A program made the position numbers and the translations under genes. A stretch of DNA of 43,021 bases from Asterionella formosa (lineage: Eukaryota), in contig NKIB01014485.1 in NCBI GenBank assembly GCA_002256025.1, positions 1 to 43,021 on the forward strand. The letters run 5' to 3'. The notes under the pieces were generated by a model, which worked only from the letters and a program-made list of their open reading frames with translations, was not told where the DNA came from and searched no databases. Position 1 is the stretch's first letter, and each line of letters begins with the position of its first letter. Positions 35,900-43,021 of the stretch are shown here, piece after piece.

Positions 35900-36650
35900 T
35901 CCTCCTAGTCCTGTCTTGTCATTTAACCCTGTTCATACTGGCAACTTCAATAGAGAAGCCACTGACTCTGTCGTGGGCCCCTGTGCCTTGCTTCCGTTGA
36001 CTTCGTTATGAGCAACATTCGTTGCCATGAGTTTCATGGTGTTATCTTCCTTGTCCTTCATGCAGAAAATCTTGATCTCAAAGAGGCCAGACATAGGCAT
36101 CAAGTTCCCTCACTGACTTGGATCAATGTCATTACCACTTTTATACCTTGGCCAATACTCATCTTTCTTTATGACAGCAGATGAAAGTATACCAAAACTC
36201 TAACACTTAACATTTCAATCAAGCCCTAAGTAAGCAGAAGCCTCTGGCCATTATATATACCCTTTTTGAGTGTTTAATAGAATCACATAGTCGCAGCAGT
36301 AGACTGGCAGCATTCCCTTTGTCATTATGCATGTTTTTGCTGGGGAGTTTGACGAGGCTGATATTTGCCCTACATGAGTTCTATTGAGTACATGATGCTA
36401 CTTAACCCACACAACACACTGAAGGCACTCATTTCCAAAGGGATGCATATACTCATGGGGACAATCATCCATCCTGCACATGTCCATTTAAATGGTCCAG
36501 ACCAACATGGACTCATCCAAGCAGCTTATCGATGATGGAATAAAAATATCTTGATTGTGATTTTTCCATTCATCGATCACTTGTTGGAGACAATGAATTC
36601 CAGGGACCACAAATGAATTCAGGAAATAGCATTGAGGATGGATGTTTTGG
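35900..36650 (-). mobile_element. Degenerate piggyBac-like transposase, catalytic-core part (boundaries approximate)
   Basis: FIPSSISCLDESMLVWTI*WTCAGWMIVP...HPFGNE and downstream FCMKD.EDNTMKLMAT resemble the LDESM...CPGW...KPHPFGNE core of stramenopile piggyBac-like transposases. Many stops. Confidence 0.75.
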
Positions 36651-36926
36651 TTCGTCTGATCAAGAAAAAATCTTGATAAAATTGCTATGTGTGAAATAAA
36701 ACAAGTACAGTAGAGGGGAAGCTTGAGCATTACTGGGTATTTTACCAACATGTATTGCCACCTGGGAAAAATATATACAAACAGCTTGCCTGACAAAAAT
36801 ACTACTTATTGTTTATATTCTCAAAAAACCTGAACTTGGAAACAAATTCATGCATATATTTGCAGATCAATCAAAAAGTAGCAGGGGGCCTTCATAAAAG
36901 TGATTTAATGTAGAATTCTTCCACTT

Positions 36927-38961
36927 TCAAGTTGATGGGCAATATTCTCGACAATAGGATGGCAAATTCTTCTCAAGCTCGCTACGATTCGCAGCTTCAC
37001 CAGGATCCAATGCAACTGCGACGCTAGTACCATCTGGGCATTGCATCTCCAGATGTAAGTTTGGGGTCGGGACGATATCTGCGACAACTCGGCCGCAATC
37101 ATCGCAATACCACCATTTATTTTGAGGCCCTTCCCATGGAGGAAACGGGACACACGAGAGCCACGTACAATCCGGACAAGGAGTAGTTTGGCCATCGCCT
37201 TCAGAGAGGACAATTGCAGCAACTATGATTAAAATAACGCTGACAATGAGTCCAAAATATTTGACGACGATTTCTTTTGTTCGAGACAAGAATGACTGTT
37301 CGACACCAAAGAATTCCGAAGAAAGGCGCTCCATCGTTGACAGGCCACATAGAAATCCAATCACCATGCCTCCTAAATGCGTGAAATTGTCCACAAAGGG
37401 AGTCAAGCCAATGATCATGTTCAAAACTATATCAAGGACCAAAAACACCACTACCATGGCGTGCTTCATTTTCCTCCCATCTTTGTTCACTACATTGCAG
37501 AATAAGAGTTTCCAATTCATAGTTATATCAGCAAGACATGCACCTATCAGCCCAAATATTCCACCACTTGAACCCACTGTAACGTAATCAGGCAGGAAGA
37601 TTGCGCTAAGCATATTTCCGCCGATTGCTGGTAAAACAAACAAAAATGTCGCAGAAACGAAACCGTGAGATATTTCAATTGCACTTCCAACAAACCATAA
37701 GGCTAGCATATTGATAAAATAATGAACCAGACCAGCATGAAGCAGAATAGACGAACCAAGCCGCCATGCCTCTCCACCGTGGACAATCAAGTAGGAGTCC
37801 TTTGCTCCCATTTGAAGAAGTGTCTGGGCGCTGGGTCCAATCATTGGGTTCACCTTCAACGGTTCTACATTCCAGCCATTCAAGGCGATTGAGACAATGA
37901 AAAATATTGTGCACGTAAAAAGTAGAAAAAGGGTAAAAAACCGTCGATTGATCCCCTTTTTCTTGCTTTCATCAAAGTCGGCCCAAGGAAGATATCTTAA
38001 GAAACGAAAAAAAATTAGAAACAGTTCGCCGTGATGATTAATTCTATTCCTTCATTCTGCATCACTTACGGCTCGCCATTGGCTCGTCTCCAATCAGAAT
38101 CTTCTGCCCATTCCACGTCAAAACGAATTGAAGACAAGTGTTCATAGACTCCCAGGATACCCCACGGACGCTCGTCCCCATATTTGCGACGGCGTTTTTC
38201 CTGAGCAAATTGAAAGTCTCGAATCCGACGAGCAAGTGCCGGTGCCATAAAATCTTTATCTTTCCAATCTGTTGACAATTGACCAGCAAGAAGTTTTAGC
38301 TGGGCCATATCTGGTTCGTCGTGCTGACTCATTCTTGTGGACATTTCGTTCGAAGCGATTGAGGTGGCAATGACAGGTATCCTTTCTCCTCCAGGGAAAG
38401 CTGCATCATCTCCACTTGTGCTGCAAGAATAAAAATGTTAGCAATTAACGAAAATCAAAGCTTGAAAAATAATTACTTAACAAATTCAACATACCTAAGT
38501 GGAATTCCACTGTCATCCGCAAAGGCAATATTTTCATCACTCACTCGGGAAGGTTTCTCAAATGGATCGATAGATCCTGCTGGTAAGCCATATGCAATGG
38601 ATGAAACATCAATTGCACGCACCTTTGTTGTTGAAGAATTGATGCTCCTTGAATGGCTTCGTCTTGACCTTCGTAATTTCGAACTCAGAACGGGCTCGTC
38701 CTCCCATACATCACACGCCTCGGTTTCTGACGTTCCACATACTAGAATCTGCTGCCCACTTCCAGACACGGAGTTTGATGGGTCTGCAATGGATGAAAGC
38801 TGCCCACGCCGATCTGATTTCTGATCAAACGAGTCATCAAGTTTTCTACTGTCGTTGAGGATGATATTATCTCTCCCAGCTCCGCCACGAGAGGATCTCT
38901 GTGATTTAGAGATTCGAACGACGGAATCTGAGTTGTTAAGGCTCTGATGCTGTAGACTCAT
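36927..38961 (-). CDS. Rhomboid intramembrane serine protease, 3 exons (38961-38495, 38420-38070, 37995-36927)
   Basis: NPMIGPS, GEAWRL, LHAGLVHYFINM, VGSSGGIFG (catalytic Ser), DNFTHLGG (catalytic His) and a Cys-rich C-terminus; GT-AG introns join in frame. Confidence 0.92.
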
Positions 38962-40021
38962 AATGTACAATCTGATCAATGTAGACGGGTTGATTCAGAT
39001 TTAACTACTCGAAACCGCAAGGAAAAGATTACAAGTCGAAGTTGATGAGGGTGTGATTCACATGAAATTACACAGCCACGCTTCACTCTAAAAGGTATTA
39101 ATTGGGAGAAAAAGTGAGAGAAAGCCATCGTTTTTCGTTGCACTTTATTCATAACCATGTTTTAAATGTACACATACCAGTATTTATATCCACATTCTCA
39201 AGTCGTGTATTTTTTAGACTACTTTAACTGGCAGTCAGAATGGCGTCAACAAACGAGATATCGTTCCTCATTGACAACTGCCAACCAACCTGCTTAAAAA
39301 CCGTCAAACCGTCGAAATTCCATCTCTCCCTCAGCCATCGTCATACAGTGCGTATACCGTTATACCGTTATAGCAGCTGACTGTGCTACCGGTACCTGGT
39401 ACCATACCTGGTAGCCAAAAGTGCACCATTATGCACAAGATGTGTATGAGAGATATTGTATAAATTTCATGACGTCCCATATCTTTTGTTTTCTTTCTTG
39501 CCGCCTCGCTCCCCCCCGTACTAAGTAAATCTACATTATTTCCGCAATGAAAAATTGGCATTCTATTACTGGTATTACCGGTACGTATATGCATGCATGT
39601 AAGCACTCTTCTGTGTAAATGAAAGGCGCGTGATACAAGCAACCCTGCTACATGCTCCTCGAGTGTCAATTAACATGCATTCTGCGATTCCTCCTGCCTT
39701 CATTCTTCTTTAATTGCTTCCTGCTATAGTAAGGGTCGTTCTTATCATTTTCGATTTGGTATCATTTTTGTTGAAAAAGTATCATGTAACGGCTACTCGA
39801 TTTAAACCGAAAAAATCCATTCTCCACAAAAATAAAAATGAAATTGTATCACCAAAAAGTATCATGAAAATTCAACGGTTATGGGCTGGCTACAATCATG
39901 TGCATATCCCTCCAGACTATTTCGATAATTTTCCATTACTAAAACCAGGTAGGAAAACTACGCATATTATGTTCCAGTATAGAATAAATAGCTGACATAC
40001 CTGCTAATTTTTTGATTTGCC

Positions 40022-41530
40022 ATGGTCAACACAGACATGCAAGATCGTCTATACACTTCTTATTACACTTCCGCTTGCCATCGTCCCCTTTCAGTTTTAC
40101 AAGCAATCAGCACCATGTCATCATTGTCACTGCACAACGACGAACAAGCGGATCAACATTGGACTGAAGAAGAAGGTGCCGTGAATATCAACGATGGCAA
40201 TGATGATGATGGTAATGATGTCATCAGTAATCAATTTTTTGATAATGAAAAAAATCATCAATTCTTTGATTACGATGACCATGATCAATTCTTTATCATT
40301 TTTCATCTGGCTCTGGAGGCTGAAACGAAAGTTAAAAAGAGGAAGGCAAAATGGGAGCATGAGAGAATGTCATGGCATTCTCATGTCAAGAAGCTGTGTC
40401 ATGAGGACGCTTTTGAAAAGACTTATAGAATGTCCCTTCGAGCCTTTAAGAAGTTGTTTTACTTGCTGGAGAGTGATGTCATCATTAGGAATTTCTCCAA
40501 GTGCGGTACAGCTACTCCCATTTACCCAGAAATTGTGCTGGCCATTGGCATTTGATGGCTGGCTGGAGGCAGCTACATTGACATTCGTCATGCCTATGGA
40601 TGTAGCATAGCTTCAATCTATAGATGCCGAAATTTATTTCTTGAAGTTGTGCTTAACTGTGATTATCTGGAAATTATATTTCCTAAAACAAGGAGTGATT
40701 TGGTGAAATTGGCTATAGCCTTTGAACAAAAGAGCACAGAAGGGTTGATCAGAGGGTGTGTTGGTGCTATTGATGGTTTTTTAGCCACAATTAGTCGCCC
40801 CACGCTACGTGACTGTGGAAACAATCCAGGAGCTTTTTATTCTGGACATTACATGACTTATGGTATCAATGTTCAAGCTTTCTGTGATGTTGAGAATAGA
40901 TTTATATTTTTTGGGGTGATTGCTCCTGGACGATGCAGTGATCAAGTTGCATTTGAGAGAACTGCTCTAGCTACCCAACAAAACTGCATTATTTGATTCT
41001 GGTTTCTATCTTGTTGGTGATGCAGCATATGCATTGTCAGATGTCATGTTAGTTCCATTTGTTGGTTCTCAGTGTGATGACCAAACACAAGATGCCTATA
41101 ATTTCTTTCTTTCCCAGCTATGGATTAGGATAGAGATGGCATTTGGTTAGTTACAGACAAAATGGGCTGTTCTAAAAAGAAACTTAACAACTGGCTTGGA
41201 AACAAGCAACTGCAAAAGTGCTTGAGGTATGTGCACGTTTGCACAATTATGTCATAGACGAAAATAAAGTTGAAAAGGACATTTCTGGGTTATCGCTCTG
41301 GAAGTGATGAGGCAGATGACATCCAGGAGATTTTAGCTGAAATCACCCCAGTCTACAATTCTCCACTTGGTTGGGGATATTTGCCAACGGTTGAGAAATT
41401 GGATGTAATGCCTGGTTGTTCTGTCATTCGAGATGTTATTCTTGAAAGAATTGCTAACATGGGTTTGCAAAGACCTCCAGGTAATATTGAAAGAAAAAGG
41501 TTGGAATTACATGAATTAAATTTAATGTAG
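40022..41530 (+). pseudogene. Harbinger DDE transposase with stops and frameshifts
   Basis: AIGI*WLAGGSY, GCVGAIDG (D), YLVGDAAY (D), LSQLWIRIEMAFG* (E) and CARLHNY. TGA at 40553-40555 and frameshifts near 40980, 41210 and 41290. Confidence 0.92.
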
Positions 41531-41558
41531 ATTATAATTGATTGTTGAAAAAAATTAT

Positions 41559-43021
41559 TCATTTCAATGTGTCACCTTGAGAAAAGAGATTGAAGACCTG
41601 ATCACGCTTTCTTTTACACAATGCAATTTCTAAACGAGGTTGGACAATGTCAGAACTTGAAGAGTTATAATCTTTATTTTCGATTTCTTCCAGTTCCTCC
41701 CGCGCAACTCTTAGTCGGACCTTATACTTATCCAAGACATCCAGTAGGTCATTTTCTCTGCGTGGTGCAGTTGTAGACTCTAGCAGTCTGAGTTTTGCAA
41801 TATTTGACTTCTCAAATGATTCCAATGCACTTGCAAGTTTTTGAGAAGATGATGTAGGTTTTTGCGTCAAGATTGCATGTCTTCCCTTCTTTCTACTAAC
41901 ACTGAAATTGCTTGATGATTTTGATTTTGATGACAATGTGGTGGCAGTATCGTCAATGTCTATACTCTCACGGAAGGCATAATTTGGTAACAGTGGTACA
42001 GCAAAATTCAATAGATGTGGAACTTGACACAACCAAAGATGGTAGTAATATAGGAAATGACGTGACCCAACAAAGTTGACAAAATCATCATGATTTCCTG
42101 ATTGTTTGTTTTTTCGATAGGCAACTTGATAATGATGATTAATGTATCCCATTACCAAAGAAAAGTCTTTGGAAGTGAGGACATCATATTTTTTTGCGTA
42201 GTCAGCATCAATTCCAACTTGGTCCCAGTAGCTATTAATCTTCGGGAAATGCTAGAATGGTGCAGTCGTCATCCTCATCATCATTATATGTGACAACAAG
42301 TCGATCGAAAATGAACTTGTGTCGAAATCTTCTTGCATCAAGTTCAGCCAGAGTTGGTGGCTGACCTAGACGCAAAACATCACTGCGATGCTTGTTGCAC
42401 ATCTAGACATTAATGACACGGAAGTATGTGTTGCTGCAGGTCACAGCATCTGGAGGGGTTGACTTTGCCTGTGCCTTATTCTTTTTCGCCTTCTTACAGG
42501 AGTGTTCACTTCCTCTTGTTCAGACTGAGGATCGACCAAAGACTCATGTGGCTGCACTGCTGTTGCCTCTTGAACTTTGTTGTTCCTTTCATCATTATCA
42601 TCTTCGCAATCTTCATCGACTTCGAATTCCTCATCATTAATTGATGAATGTTTGTGATTATCATTATCACTATCCAATTCAATGTCTGATTCATTGACAT
42701 TGAAAGATCTAGGGTATATCATCTGTGACAAGCTTTCTCTCTTCAAAAGTCGAGCAATCAAAGCAACAGTGAAAGCCTTCTTCGCATTTTTGTATCCAGA
42801 AACTTTCTATCTGACGCAATATTTTCGGAGAACCTTGACCGAGATCTGCTTCATTGCAACAACTTTGATGAAAATCACCTTTGTCCTTTCACTATCAAGC
42901 ACAAAGTCATCAGGAAGTATGAGGGAGTCAACAAATCGATCGACTTCAGTATCTGTAGCAAGAGACTGCATTGTATTGTTGAAGGTGGTGGGTCGATCTT
43001 GATATACAGTGGTCTCCACAT
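41559..43021 (-). pseudogene. Harbinger accessory ORF2 (fragmented), with acidic and basic low-complexity segments
   Basis: Successive minus-strand ORFs 42807-43019, 42441-42761 and 41559-42158 (SGNHDDFVNFVGSRHFLYYYHLW), convergent on the transposase inside the TIR-bounded element. Confidence 0.7.

Larger units (their letters stand above)
39733..43021. mobile_element. Autonomous-type PIF/Harbinger transposon (decayed), extends beyond the window end
   Basis: TAA (39730-39732) then TIR GGGTCGTTCTTATCATT; convergent transposase and accessory ORF. Confidence 0.9.

Noticed and set aside
40553..40555. In-frame TGA as possible selenocysteine, given the nearby eEFSec
   Set aside because: The position corresponds to Arg in the RWLAGGSY motif (CGA>TGA), and the ORF has further stops and frameshifts.
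1..43021. tRNA, rRNA, SECIS or other structured RNA genes
   Set aside because: None recognisable by eye; a covariance-model search would be needed to exclude them.

Overview
Eukaryotic genomic DNA, most likely a diatom, judging from short GT-AG introns, bipartite signal+ASAF plastid presequences and stramenopile-type transposons. About 10 recognisable host genes plus one tentative small gene sit in CpG-rich islands: RETICULATA-related protein, MORN-repeat protein, rhamnosyltransferase-like protein, fatty-acid hydroxylase/sterol desaturase, fatty-acid elongase, FSH1-like hydrolase, PDI/thioredoxin, triose-phosphate translocator, eEFSec and rhomboid. The islands are separated by AT-rich, CpG-poor tracts of decayed DNA transposons: two PIF/Harbinger lineages including a complete MITE with TIRs and TSD, piggyBac-like relics and a Crypton-like relic. 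The most striking unexplained pattern is clusters of a self-complementary GGTACC(W)GGTACC motif about 100-450 bp upstream of the start codon of most genes and largely absent from their 3' ends. Also notable are an LRR pseudogene built from near-identical 84-bp units with hypervariable beta-strand codons, an eEFSec with an apparently duplicated domain 4, and a catalytically dead FSH1-type hydrolase. All family calls are from motif recognition by eye; no database searches or counts were run.
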